Of a stretch of DNA of 64,000 bases, positions 21,970 to 33,536 are shown piece after piece. Numbering within the stretch: the first letter of the stretch is position 1; each line of letters opens with the position of its first letter. The translations under genes were made by a program, and so were the position numbers. The stretch is taken from IMG/VR virus record IMGVR_UViG_3300042544_001590, positions 1 to 64,000 of that record; one strand, given 5' to 3'. The notes under the pieces were generated by a model. It was not told where the DNA came from. It ran no database searches and saw nothing but the letters and a program-made list of their open reading frames with translations.

Positions 21970-22010
21970 ATAAGTATTTAGTATATAACACGTTATTTTT
22001 TGAAATAGTG

Positions 22011-22038
22011 TTGACATCTTTAAAAACTAGATTACAAT
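22011..22038 (+). promoter_or_regulatory. Module copy with canonical -35: TTGACA-N16-TACAAT
   Basis: Same arrangement at 46175 (TTGACT-N16-TACACT). Confidence 0.75.
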
Positions 22039-22059
22039 GATAGCATAATAAATAAAAAA

Positions 22060-22689
22060 ATGACAGGATATACAGCAGCAGTTCAGGACGGAACAATCAC
22101 GGAATTCAGGGATTACGCACTTCAATGCGCCAGAGCTTTCGGGGCTTGTGTGATGCAACGGGATGACGACCCATCAGAACCTCCAAAAGAACAGGAAGAA
22201 TCGTCATATTATCAGGAAAGGGTTGATGAGACTCTGAAAGAAATCGAAGAACTGAAAAATCTTTCCGATGAAGAATTGGTGGAATCTGAAAAGAACACAA
22301 ATCTGAGAGAAATCGAGAAATGTAAACAACGTATTGAAGATAAAAAAATCGAAAGACTTCGATATGAAGATATGTTGGAGAAGGTGGAAGCTTGGAAATC
22401 CCCGTCTTTCGAACACAATAATTACAAGGAATTCATGATCAATCAATTGAAAGATTCCATTGCATTTGATTGTGGTGGTAGTTATTACGAAGACAATCTC
22501 CTGCAAGCTATTTCCAAATTGGAAAATATGCCAACAGCCAAAGAAATTAGGGAAGAGCGTTTTTCATCCTTGCAAAAGGATTTGAAATATTATCAGAAAA
22601 ATCTAGCAGAAGAGAAGGAACGAGTATCCGGTAGAAACCAATGGATTAGACAGCTTTATGAATCACTTGAAAATGGAAGCAAATCCTAA
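22060..22689 (+). CDS. Conserved phage hypothetical protein
   Basis: TGYTA...CARAFGA..M.RDD N-terminal family pattern, recognised from memory. Confidence 0.7.
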   Translation: MTGYTAAVQDGTITEFRDYALQCARAFGACVMQRDDDPSEPPKEQEESSYYQERVDETLKEIEELKNLSDEELVESEKNTNLREIEKCKQRIEDKKIERLRYEDMLEKVEAWKSPSFEHNNYKEFMINQLKDSIAFDCGGSYYEDNLLQAISKLENMPTAKEIREERFSSLQKDLKYYQKNLAEEKERVSGRNQWIRQLYESLENGSKS

Positions 22690-23758
22690 AGAATACTTCT
22701 ACGAAAAGTGGGTCGATGAACACCTGAGAGTTCAGGAACTTGAGAATTTCGTGCGTCTTGTCGCCAACGGCAAGCGATCAGATGGGACGTATAATTATTG
22801 CAGGGAAGCGTTGGAACAAAAAGCAAAGGAATTGTTGAAATGAAGAAATATCGAATAGTTAAAAAACATTACATCAATAACATTGAGTATTTCATTGTTC
22901 AAGAAAAAAATATTTTGGGTATATGGACAAAACCATCCAATGTTCTTCTATTACAATTGACAGGATATCATTTAAGATGTAGAGAATTTAGATCACTCCA
23001 AGATGCAAAAGAAGCTCTTGATATGGCGGTAAACCATAAGGCGGATGAAGTGGTTTACGAAACATCCACATAATAAAAAATGAAATACAAACTTAACATA
23101 TCTGATGGATGCACGGCAGGAGGACATCTGGAAGTCAACGGTGTTGCCTATTCATGCGAAGACCCGCGATACGAGCTTACCAAAGAACAGCGTGAAAAGT
23201 TCCATGAGGATTTGTTTGTGGAGATTCGGCGCATGTTCGATGATGGGGAAATCGGTGTGAATGATCTGGTGCAATTGCTCCATGTGGAGGATACCCATTA
23301 TTCCGAGAGATGCGATCAATGTTTTGATACGATGGTGACAACTTATTACGAATTTTAAATATGAAAGATTATCGCAACGCGATTTTTGACGAACGATTCG
23401 CTCTGCTACCAGAACATCAACAAAAGCTGATTCTTATGTTTTTCGGCTCAAGCTGCTATAGTGTGGCGGAAGCTGTGGTGATCTGGATGAACAGTATGGA
23501 TTGTTCTGGTGTGGCGAGAGATATGATCCTTGACTATAAGAACGAATATGATAAATTGATGAATGAATATGAAAAAGAAAACAAAGAAACAACTTGAAGG
23601 TTGGATGCTCGAAAACTTTAATGGTAAATATGTAAACATCAATAATCTAACAGAAGATGAAGCAAAGGCGCAGCTTTTAGAACACTGCCTAGCAATGGAT
23701 AAGATGATGGGCAACCTCCAAAAAAACTTTGATCTTTGGGAAAAATTGGGATACTAAT

Positions 23759-24262
23759 ATGAGACAACTTAAATTCAGGGTTTGGGACAATCTCAAAAAA
23801 GAATGGATGTCCAACAAGAACATTTGGAGGATGAAAACCGATCCCAATGGCATTGGGGAAATTGAACCGAATGCTTTCTATTGGAAACAACATCCTCAAG
23901 GGTTGACAATCCAACAATTCACTGGCAAATTTGATATTGAAGATCGTGAAATATGGGAAGGTGATATTGTCGAATTTGTATATGCCCTTCAAACAGATAA
24001 GAACGGTGCAAAAGACACGAGACTACCCAAGGAGTGTTTCGGTGTTTACGAGATATTTTATTCAGATTTTAACGCTTGCTTCAAAGTCAAATGTCATAAG
24101 AAAAATTGGCTGGATGGAAATCATACGACACAAAAAGAGGCCGATAGACAAACCATCGAACCCCTTTGTCCTGTTGGTGCAAAATTGGAATCCGATCTTC
24201 AACAATACGGTGTTTGCCGAGTGATTGGGAATATCTTTGAAAATCCAGAATTGATAAAATGA
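23759..24262 (+). CDS. YopX-family protein
   Basis: MRQLKFRVWD, QQFTGKFD..REIWEGDIV, VIGNIFENPEL. Confidence 0.85.
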   Translation: MRQLKFRVWDNLKKEWMSNKNIWRMKTDPNGIGEIEPNAFYWKQHPQGLTIQQFTGKFDIEDREIWEGDIVEFVYALQTDKNGAKDTRLPKECFGVYEIFYSDFNACFKVKCHKKNWLDGNHTTQKEADRQTIEPLCPVGAKLESDLQQYGVCRVIGNIFENPELIK

Positions 24263-24741
24263 AACAATACACAATTTGGATGACATGTATGGGCGGAACT
24301 GCCACCGCTGGAGACTACATCGCGGAAACCAAGCGCAAGGCTCTGGCAATGGCAAAGAAGGAGCATGGGGACGAATGGACTTATTATGTTCATCGAGAAC
24401 AGAAGATCGGCTTGGAAGGACGGCACTATTTCATTGCCCGATATTGGAACGATGTGGATAACCAGTTGGAATTTTTCCAAGCTTATTCTTGGGATGGTAG
24501 AACGAGGTATGGTGATGAAAAGGATGCTGAAAAGGATTTGAAACATACTTTGAAAAATTCGGATCATACAGATTGGCAGATTTTCTGGATTAATACTGAT
24601 AGAGATGATCGCAGAACACCTGAGAGCATTCGGGCTGATATTGAAGCCAAGGGTGAGGAAATGGAACGCTTGAAGGAGACTGATTATGCTGCTTGGGTGG
24701 ATTTGAAAAACGATTGTTAAAAACTAGAATACGATCAGAGC

Positions 24742-25230
24742 ATGAACCTTTTCAGCACTTCAGAATGTCCTGATCAATCCGCTCGCTGGTTGGTGGATCG
24801 TCACGTTTCAAAAATGGGATTGGAAGCGACCCAATGTTTATGCACTGCTTATCATGAGCAGGATATCGAAGCTCCCTATCGACCATCACACAAAAATCAC
24901 CCAACTTCCATCTGGATACGGGCAAGCTACGACAACTTCCAATGGGCAATTGCTCATGGACATGCCATCTTTGACGAATACACGGCACGATATGGTAAGA
25001 TTCACAAATCCCAAGCTGTTCTTGATTGGTGTGAGGAAAATGTATCCAAGCTGGGATTTGATTCGTTTGACCTGACACCTTTTGCCATTGCCATATCGGA
25101 TGACAGCATTTGTCGGACATTGCCGGAATTTGATGAGAGTGATCCTATTATGGCTTATCGTTATTATGTAAAATTTGATAAAGCGCATTTACATGCTTGG
25201 AAAAGAAACAAACCGGAATGGATCGAATGA
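24742..25230 (+). CDS. Pyrimidine-dimer DNA glycosylase (DenV-related) family protein
   Basis: MNLF...DRHVSKMGLEATQCL, HKNHPTSIW, EYTARYGKIHKS, AYRYY. Confidence 0.65.
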   Translation: MNLFSTSECPDQSARWLVDRHVSKMGLEATQCLCTAYHEQDIEAPYRPSHKNHPTSIWIRASYDNFQWAIAHGHAIFDEYTARYGKIHKSQAVLDWCEENVSKLGFDSFDLTPFAIAISDDSICRTLPEFDESDPIMAYRYYVKFDKAHLHAWKRNKPEWIE

Positions 25231-25997
25231 AATCACTGATCATAGGTAGTCACGCTATCCGCCATTGGTTTCCCGATTTTCCAAGGGAGCCAAAGGACAT
25301 GGATATCATGTGCGAACAAGGCACTAGCACTAAAGAGGTGGAATATCTCTGGATACCAGAATACCAATATTTTCTGGATAGTAATCAAGATGAACAATAT
25401 CTTGACAAAGATCACCTATATACGCTAAAATTGTCGCATTTGGGTTTTAATATCTTCTGGGAAAAGCATTGCTCCGATGTATGCTTTCTCAAATCAAAGG
25501 GATGTGTTGCCGATGAAAAATTATATAAGAAATTAGTGAAAGCATGGATTTTGAAACATGGCAAACAGTGGGCTTCCCTGAAAGGTAAGGACTCCCAAAC
25601 ATTCTTTGAGGATGCAGTGAAGCGAAAGTATGTCCATGATACTATCCATGACGCGGTAGCCATCTACGACAAACCTTTATACGAATCCTTGGTGTATGAA
25701 GGTGTATCATGTTCCAAAAAAGGATTTGACAAATTATCGTATGATGATAAATTGAATTTAGTCCGAGAGGAAGTCTATGTCACCGCTTTAGAGAGGTGGT
25801 TAATCCCCCATGACTTCAAATTCTCAAAGATTGAAGCGTATCAGAAAGCTTTGAAGAAATTGGCTACAACCATGAGTAGTGGGTGGTTCAAGTTCTTCAT
25901 CCTAACAAACATTGATGTCCTGAGAAACGATAGGGATTTCTCTTACATTGATAAATTCAAACAAGCAGAACAACAAAATAAATTAAGAACAGTATGA
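25227..25997 (+). CDS. Conserved phage protein with nucleotidyltransferase-like N-terminus
   Basis: IIGSHA...PKDMD, YTLKLSH, HDTIH, EE.YVTALER. Confidence 0.55.
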   Translation: MKSLIIGSHAIRHWFPDFPREPKDMDIMCEQGTSTKEVEYLWIPEYQYFLDSNQDEQYLDKDHLYTLKLSHLGFNIFWEKHCSDVCFLKSKGCVADEKLYKKLVKAWILKHGKQWASLKGKDSQTFFEDAVKRKYVHDTIHDAVAIYDKPLYESLVYEGVSCSKKGFDKLSYDDKLNLVREEVYVTALERWLIPHDFKFSKIEAYQKALKKLATTMSSGWFKFFILTNIDVLRNDRDFSYIDKFKQAEQQNKLRTV

Positions 25998-26485
25998 AAA
26001 CAAGCAAAGAAATAGAAGCGGAAATTGCTCGTATGCAGCAAGAATTGAAAAAAGTGAAGGAATTGGAAAGCGGAAAGCTGCCCAATATTCTGGAGAATTT
26101 TAATCCCAAGAAGATCAAAAAAGTTCTTGATTTTCTCGAAAATAAGGATAATTGTGTAAAATATCTCAAGAATCCAACGGAGCGGCAAGTTAAATGGGGT
26201 ATTGATACATATAGCTTCTATGATTATGAGGAACCCATTCAATTTGGTGATTGGGTTGTAACTTGCGTCGATCAACAAGGGGGTGGTGAAGGTTCGGGAG
26301 AACATTGGCATTGCGTCTTCAAGGTTGAGAAGAGTGGTAATCTTGTGGGACACTATTACATTCCCGGCTACTACCAGTCCTACAATGGAACGGAGATCGA
26401 ATGGGATGGTATCTACGAAGTTGAGCCATATGAGAAGATGGTGATCGACTGGAGAGCGGTTTAAAAACTAGCGTATGGTCGTTCC

Positions 26486-26923
26486 ATGCTGAAAGCGAAA
26501 GGAACCATCAAGGTAGAGTCCAGAAAATCCCGTATTGTCGTGGAGACAGGATCGGATATTTTGGACTACTATGGGTGGTTCCTTTCGCGGGAGTACTGGA
26601 TCAAGTTACAGAAGCCCTTACACGATGCTCACATAACAGTATGCTTCCATCGCTACCATAAAGATGTTGATTGGAAGAAAGCTGAATACTATGATGGAGA
26701 AGAAATTGAATTTGAATATGATCCTTATCTCATTCGGGGGGGATACACCAAAGGATTCATCATGTTTTATTTAAAGGTTTATTCAGAGCAGATTGACAAA
26801 ATGAAAAAGGAACTTAACATTGTGGATGGAGATTCATATCATGGACTTCACCTTACAGTGGCGAACGGAAAAAATGGTAATGTTCAACCATATTGGCCGG
26901 AAATGATCACCGTTAAAAACTAG
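26486..26923 (+). CDS. 2H phosphoesterase-like protein
   Basis: Two HxT motifs (AHITV, LHLTV) about 72 aa apart in 145 aa. Confidence 0.6.
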   Translation: MLKAKGTIKVESRKSRIVVETGSDILDYYGWFLSREYWIKLQKPLHDAHITVCFHRYHKDVDWKKAEYYDGEEIEFEYDPYLIRGGYTKGFIMFYLKVYSEQIDKMKKELNIVDGDSYHGLHLTVANGKNGNVQPYWPEMITVKN

Positions 26924-26939
26924 AATACAATACAAAAAT

Positions 26940-27347
26940 ATGGCAACAAGAAGCAGCATTAGCATTAAGACACCGGAAGGTAAATATCGTGGAATTTACT
27001 GCCACAACGATGGCTATCTATCATATAATGGTAGGGTTCTCAAGGAACACTATACCGATGTGGATAAGATCAACCGTCTGATTGATCTGGGAGACATTTC
27101 ATCTCTTGGGGAACGGGTGGAACCGATTGGGGAACATTCGTTTGACAAATCAGAAAGGGGAACTACCGTAGCTTATGGTAGGGATCGGAGAGAAAGGAAT
27201 GTAGTGTTCAAAGTGGTGGAAGAATTGAAATCCATTCCTGATAATTACGATTCCGAATATGATTATGTTTGGGATGACGGTTGGAAGATTCTGAAAAACG
27301 GAAAGCTTCGGGAATTTGAACCAAACGAAAAAGAGGTAGAAGATTGA
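26940..27347 (+). CDS. Conserved phage hypothetical protein
   Basis: MATRS.I...YCHNDGYLSYNG..L..HY...LIDLGDISSL. Confidence 0.7.
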   Translation: MATRSSISIKTPEGKYRGIYCHNDGYLSYNGRVLKEHYTDVDKINRLIDLGDISSLGERVEPIGEHSFDKSERGTTVAYGRDRRERNVVFKVVEELKSIPDNYDSEYDYVWDDGWKILKNGKLREFEPNEKEVED

Positions 27348-29272
27348 AAATTATGAATATGGAACACACACTAATTAGGTATATTAGAAACAAGAAGGGA
27401 CAACCCCGTGGGGTGGTCGTAGCTCTGCGGGATAAGAACGAGGTTTGCTATGGCTATTCCATCTGCAATCCGATTGATCGTTGGGATAGGCATGAAGGAT
27501 TGAACCGAGCCATTTCCCGTGCAAAGGAAAGGGAATATGATCTTCCCACCGCTCCAAACACAATCAAACAAATTGTGGAAGGATATGAAAATCTCTCCAA
27601 ACGTGCCGTGAAATATTTCAAGGATTTGCCAAGGGAGATGGTGGAATTTGATAGCATTGAAATCATTCAATAATGGTTGAAGAAAAAACATTACCTCTCC
27701 ACGAACTCAAATACTACCATGGTGAAAGCCTTGGTTTTATATTTTCTGGTGTGATACCATCTTCCAATGATGCCATCCAGCGATTGGCGAACAATCTGGT
27801 GAGGTGGGGGGTATCCAAAAAGCTACCGGAGTTCTATGTTCGGGTGACTCCAAATGAAGTGGCATTCATTTACGCTCCCGATTCAGAATTTAAGCAAGCG
27901 GCATTCTATCAAGCATGTGGGCAGTTCAACGTGATGGGAATATTTACCATTGACACATTGGCATCATGGCTTAAATTACATTAATATGAAAAAGAAATAC
28001 TTAGTGGAAGCTTTGGCAGCTTTTGAGGATGATGATCACATCATGATTGGGGATGATGCTTTATCATGGGTTCCAAAAATTACTAAAATATGCGGTGGTA
28101 GAATTCCATATATGGTATATTATTGTATTCGTAATAAGGGGCATACTGGTAGATGTTATTGCACCTGTAAGGATGTGGACTTCGATGCTGAAATATTTGA
28201 TTGATGGACTACCAATTGATTATGCTACCATTGGAAGCTGGGGGAACATGTATCCTTGATTATGATCCTGAAATCCATGAGAATATGGAAAAATCCATCA
28301 TGCTATGTGGTAGGGAGGATTTGGTGTTGTGTTCCGTTCCCGTGGTATATCAGGGTAAGTGTTCCTTACACTTGATAAGTGATAATGAGAATTTAGATGA
28401 CTTTTGGGAAACGTGTGTTAAGGTAAGCGACGATGAATAACGAAATAATATTACCGATTGAATTGTTTGATGGTCGCCTATCTCTCCTTGAGATAGGGAC
28501 AGTGGGCGTTATCATGTCTTATCCCCACCAAGCCAAGGATGTGCTTGACAAATGGGATGGAACTGCTATCTTCAACCAGACGATCAACCAGATGATGGAT
28601 CGGGGAATGATTACCGTGGAAGGTGATGAACTGGTATTGAAAATCGATGATGAACAACCAAAGTATAATAATATGAAAATTGAAACGGCATTAAACGAAT
28701 TGTATAACAATGGAATTTGCAATGAGGACAACGTGGAAGCGATCCGTGATGTCATGGAAGAGCTTTCCAACGAATTCTATCATTTGGGTTATGAGGATGG
28801 TAGGATTGATTTTAACGTGGATGGTGATACATTCACTGCATATGGTAAGAAAGAGGACTTCTCTTAAAAACTAGACTACACTGATACCATGAAAGCAAGT
28901 TATCGCAAAACAAAGACTGGATATTACCCTGTAATTATCTTCAATAACAAATCGCGCATGACGCATCGTGTCCAATGTTTCACAAAAGATTCGGCAATTA
29001 GGCTTGCGGAAAGTGTTATCAACGACATTATCAATGTCGGGATTATCTCAGAATATCAAGAAAATGAACATTCAAGCATACGTTAATATTGAGCCTATAA
29101 CAATCAAGAGAGAATTGACCAGAGGTGAGTGTCTGGAATTCATCACGGAAATTGATGCTGCATACAAGGATGTGGGTTTCACGTTGGAATTGATCAAAAT
29201 CCTGATGAAGTCTGTTAAGGGTGATCTGGAGGATTTTGAATGGAATGAATTATTGGAATCATTCACGAAATT

Positions 29273-29707
29273 ATGATCAAGATACCTGAAGAAATTATAA
29301 ACAGATTCAATTTACCAAATACGGCATTTTTATCTGGAAGTAGAGCCATGGGATTCCCAAGAGAAGGGAGTGATTGGGATGTTTGCTTTCCCAATCACTT
29401 AATAGCTGATATTAAAGACAAATGTGATAATATCAAGGAAAGTGAATACTTTGAGGGATTTGTAACACAATTTGGAGAATATAAAGTGAATTTTATCCCT
29501 CTCCATCCCTTAGATATGGTTTGTTGGATTTTAGCAACCAAAACAATTGCTGATTTGAACAACACCTTCGAACATACCAGAATTAAAGAACCGGATATGC
29601 GCCATGGGATATTTGAAACATTCAGGGGAGTGTTCAAAACGACCATTGTTTACGAGGGAGCAAAGGCACTTGATCCGATAATTGAAAAGCTGCTTGCCGA
29701 TTCTTAA
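29273..29707 (+). CDS. Minimal nucleotidyltransferase-fold protein
   Basis: LSGSRAMG...SDWD (GS..DxD). Confidence 0.6.
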   Translation: MIKIPEEIINRFNLPNTAFLSGSRAMGFPREGSDWDVCFPNHLIADIKDKCDNIKESEYFEGFVTQFGEYKVNFIPLHPLDMVCWILATKTIADLNNTFEHTRIKEPDMRHGIFETFRGVFKTTIVYEGAKALDPIIEKLLADS

Positions 29708-30516
29708 AAACTAGACTACACCGATACCATGGAAAGATTAATTGTTGCTGCTGCCATGCTAATGGATGATGGGGATGTTGTGGTCGGTATCCGACACTTT
29801 TCCCCTGAAATGCGTAAGATTATGTTTAAAGCTTATGGGGAAAAATATCATTTGAAAGTCAAGGAACAAGGATTTGTGGATCAAATGGGGGTATTTTTAA
29901 GTCGTGAGGATGCTTGGAAAATAGCTGAAAAAGAAGGTCAGATCAGACGAAAAGTATCTTCTGAGGGAACGCTCTACAGTGAGAACCTTTATTAAAAACT
30001 AGATCACACTCAGGACATGAAGCAAGAACTTTATATCGAACTTGATGGTAACACATCCAAAGAACTTTGGGATAATCTAATGGATTTGATGTGTGAAGCA
30101 TGTAAATGTAAAAACGATGAGGGGGTGGACGAATGGCCACTGTTGATGTCAAAGAGTTATAAGGGACTGATCAAAGTGGTTGATCTTGGCAAGGGGAATA
30201 CCAGCGGAAACCAATATCATAAAGATGTAGAGATCAAAAAATTGAAAGCCGAAATTACCAATTTGGAGAATAGAAAATCGGGACACAATATTTTGAATTA
30301 TGTGTGATTGTTATAAAATTGGTGGACCTTGGATTGCAGAAGACCCAAATTGTCCAGTTCATGGAACTGAGGCTAGGATTAAAACAAACAAGATTGAAGC
30401 TCTTAAAACAAGAGCCGATCAAGCTACAAATCTTGAAGAAGTGACGGCAATATTAAAAGACTTTATTGATCTACAATCGGAATGATTTCTTTTAAAAACT
30501 AGACTACACTGATACC

Positions 30517-31473
30517 ATGCAGATTAACACGCTAGAAACCAAATTCGCCAAATGCTCGTCAATTGAGATTCCCGATTCCTATTACAATAGGATGACTACG
30601 GGATGTCCTGAAATTGACCTGATGTTCGGCACGGAACATCTCATGGGATTTATGGCTGGAAGCGCGATTGCGATGACGGGAACTCCGGGGGCTGGAAAAT
30701 CCACCTTCACTTTGTTGGTATCTCAAATGCTTGCCACTCAAGGTAAACGTGCCGCCATTGCCTCTGGAGAGGAATCCCATCTTCAAATCGCCTATGCTTG
30801 CAAGCGTCTTGGTGTTACCGATGTGGACGTTGCCCATATCAAGAATGTGGAAGAAATTGCGGAAGCCATGCACCATTACGATTTCATGGTTGTGGATAGC
30901 TTTCAAGCCCTTCGTTCCAACAAGAACATGAAAAAGAGGGAATTCTATCAATACGCTCAGGATTTGCTTCTATCAACTGCCAAGGAGACGGGATGCGTTC
31001 TGGTGTTCGTTCTCCATATCACCACCCAAGGACTGCCCAAGGGCGGAACCGATATCATCCATGCCGTGGATGTGAACATGAAAGTCACGGTGGATAAGGA
31101 GGATGATTCCATGCGTCTCTTTCATGTATATAAGAATCGCTTTGGAGAAACCAAGATTCATATGGCAATGATGACTTCCAAGGGATTTGACTTCAAGGGT
31201 GCTTATGTTGCTCCTGTGGAAGCTGAAAAGCCTAAGAAGGATAAGACTCCCACTGCGGAGATTCGCAAGGAAGAAATTCTCAATATGGATGAACCTTCCC
31301 ACTTGACTATGGATCGGGTGTGTGATAGGCTTGGGGTAGCGGGACACACTGCTGGCATTCTCCTTCGGGAGCTTGTCGGAGAGGGCAAGATGCAGAAGTA
31401 TGGTAGGGGTGTGAATGCTGTTTGGAAGATCGCGCAGGAATGTCAGAAATTACACAAACATTTAACGAAATGA
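30517..31473 (+). CDS. RadA/Sms-like RecA-fold ATPase with C-terminal HTH
   Basis: GTPGAGKST, SGEES, VVDSFQ, HAVD, KNRFG; lacks zinc finger and Lon-like domain. Confidence 0.8.
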   Translation: MQINTLETKFAKCSSIEIPDSYYNRMTTGCPEIDLMFGTEHLMGFMAGSAIAMTGTPGAGKSTFTLLVSQMLATQGKRAAIASGEESHLQIAYACKRLGVTDVDVAHIKNVEEIAEAMHHYDFMVVDSFQALRSNKNMKKREFYQYAQDLLLSTAKETGCVLVFVLHITTQGLPKGGTDIIHAVDVNMKVTVDKEDDSMRLFHVYKNRFGETKIHMAMMTSKGFDFKGAYVAPVEAEKPKKDKTPTAEIRKEEILNMDEPSHLTMDRVCDRLGVAGHTAGILLRELVGEGKMQKYGRGVNAVWKIAQECQKLHKHLTK

Positions 31474-32454
31474 AAATGATCGCAAACATTCACAATATAG
31501 ATGAGTTTGGGATAAAATTTCAATTTGAAAAATTTAATCGTGGATATATTGTTAATTATGAATATGTAACTGTTAGCTGGGAGGAATTATCATGAAACTT
31601 AATAATATACTACAAGAAAAAATCGAAAAGATGTGTTGTGATGATCTTATACGTGATCCGTATAGGAAACAAGAATTCGACACATTTTACGGTGAAAGCT
31701 TTGAAAATAAGAATCAAATTCTGAGATTGGTTATGGAAAGCCATAATATTGGATTGGATTTGACTACCATTCAATGTTTCCAGATTTGGGATTGTCTTTC
31801 TGCTCAATGGGGTTGTTCTGGTTTTATGAATATACCAAATGATCCTGAAAAATTGGAGAAAATGTTTGGGGAAGCAATTGAAACATTTTTAAAATTATCA
31901 TGAAATTAAATCAACGAGAACAAACGATCCTGAAAGCCATGCAAGAGGGAGAGAGATGTATCTATATGCCATACCGTGGGCGTCTCAATCCCCACGCATA
32001 TTTCACCATTGGACATATTGGTAAATGCACCCGTGAAATCAATAAATTGATTAAATTGGGATTGGTTATCCATGAGAATGTTGGGTATAATAGAGATAAC
32101 GTAGTCCTAACACCAGAAGGAAAATCATTTCAATTGGATTTGGAAGAACCCTATGATGTGTGGGTAGTCAATAGCAATTGGTGTGTGAAAGTTGAGAAAT
32201 ATTCAGGATTCCTAAAAGAACACACTTTGTTGATGGCAAATGGTAGTTCCGTTAAGAAAGGCAAGGATCGGGAATTCTTTTTGGATAGAGCCAAAGCATT
32301 TGAATACGCCATTGGATTGCAAGAACGGCATGTTTACTCAGCGAAGGGAAAGGTTGAAATGGCTGAGAAAGCCTTGGAAGGCATTCAAAAGCACATGGAA
32401 AATCCAGAAGAGGATGCGGCTAGATATCTTTAAAAACTAGAATACAATCATCTC

Positions 32455-33063
32455 ATGAAAATTACAAACATTAAATTTCCTGAATTTACAGGACTTCGTT
32501 GCCTGATGATGCCTTATATCCAAGGAGAACCCGAATCGGTTCCCGTGGAATATAGAACCAAATATGACGATATCATCAAAAATATCTTTTTCAAGAAAGG
32601 CGATATCGGGTATCTAACCATTGACGAATCGGAAGCTATTGCTGGCAATCCCCATAGGGGCGCAAGGGCAAAGCATGGGAGGGCATTACACACTGAAGCG
32701 GGTCGTCATCCTGATACATCCTATCAATGGGGTGGTGGTAATAATTGGGGTGGATCAAATAGGGTTACATTGGATTCCGATGTGGAAATCCTCCTAGCCA
32801 ATAATCTGGATGATTCCTGTGCATTGTGGGATACCACTCATTACGATACGACATTGGATGGAGATATTGGACATCTGGCTGATCAATACCCATATGATAA
32901 AGCAGTCTTTATGAAGACGGGAGAAGTCCATAAGATCGGTATCCTGACTCCCCATGAAAGCATTCCAGTTAAGGAAAACACATTCCGACAATTCTTGAGA
33001 ATCGTTTCATCTGGTGTGCATGGAAGGGAATCTTACTTTACGGTCAATCCCCTGATGGCTTAA
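32455..33063 (+). CDS. Hypothetical protein (possible double-stranded beta-helix oxygenase)
   Basis: LHTE...PHESIP....RQFLR. Confidence 0.4.
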   Translation: MKITNIKFPEFTGLRCLMMPYIQGEPESVPVEYRTKYDDIIKNIFFKKGDIGYLTIDESEAIAGNPHRGARAKHGRALHTEAGRHPDTSYQWGGGNNWGGSNRVTLDSDVEILLANNLDDSCALWDTTHYDTTLDGDIGHLADQYPYDKAVFMKTGEVHKIGILTPHESIPVKENTFRQFLRIVSSGVHGRESYFTVNPLMA

Positions 33064-33536
33064 AAACTAGAATACACTATCACTATGAGTAGAAAATATA
33101 TTAAAATCAAGAATTCTTTTGATGATATTATAAAGGTATTGAAAAATAATGGTATTGATCATCAACGAGCCGTTGTTCTAAAAAATGATGTATTTGTAAT
33201 GTTTGATCATCTCAAAAAAGAAATCGAGAGAAGCCAACACCACCATAAAAAATCAATTAAAAAGGAAGATAGATTTGTTAAGATCGAAACCACCAACTCC
33301 GCTAACTCCAAGATCACATATAGACCTGATAATGGGGAATGTCTGATCAAATTGTCAAAGACTACTCCCGAATGGAAAATGGAAATTGCCCAAAAATTTG
33401 GAGAACATGTTATTGCAAATTTTCCCGATGATGTTAAATTGACATTGCGCGGAACTCTCAAATGGAGCGATACCAACAGAAATTTTCACACAACCTTATC
33501 AGATAATAACAAAAGCCAATTTAAAATTATATTCCA

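Larger units (their letters stand above)
20632..22062 (-). mobile_element. tnpB-only insertion flanked by 8-bp repeat ACAGGATA, carrying an outward promoter and ATG
   Basis: ACAGGATA at 20624-20631 and 22063-22070; AT-rich insert in the opposite orientation. Confidence 0.55.
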
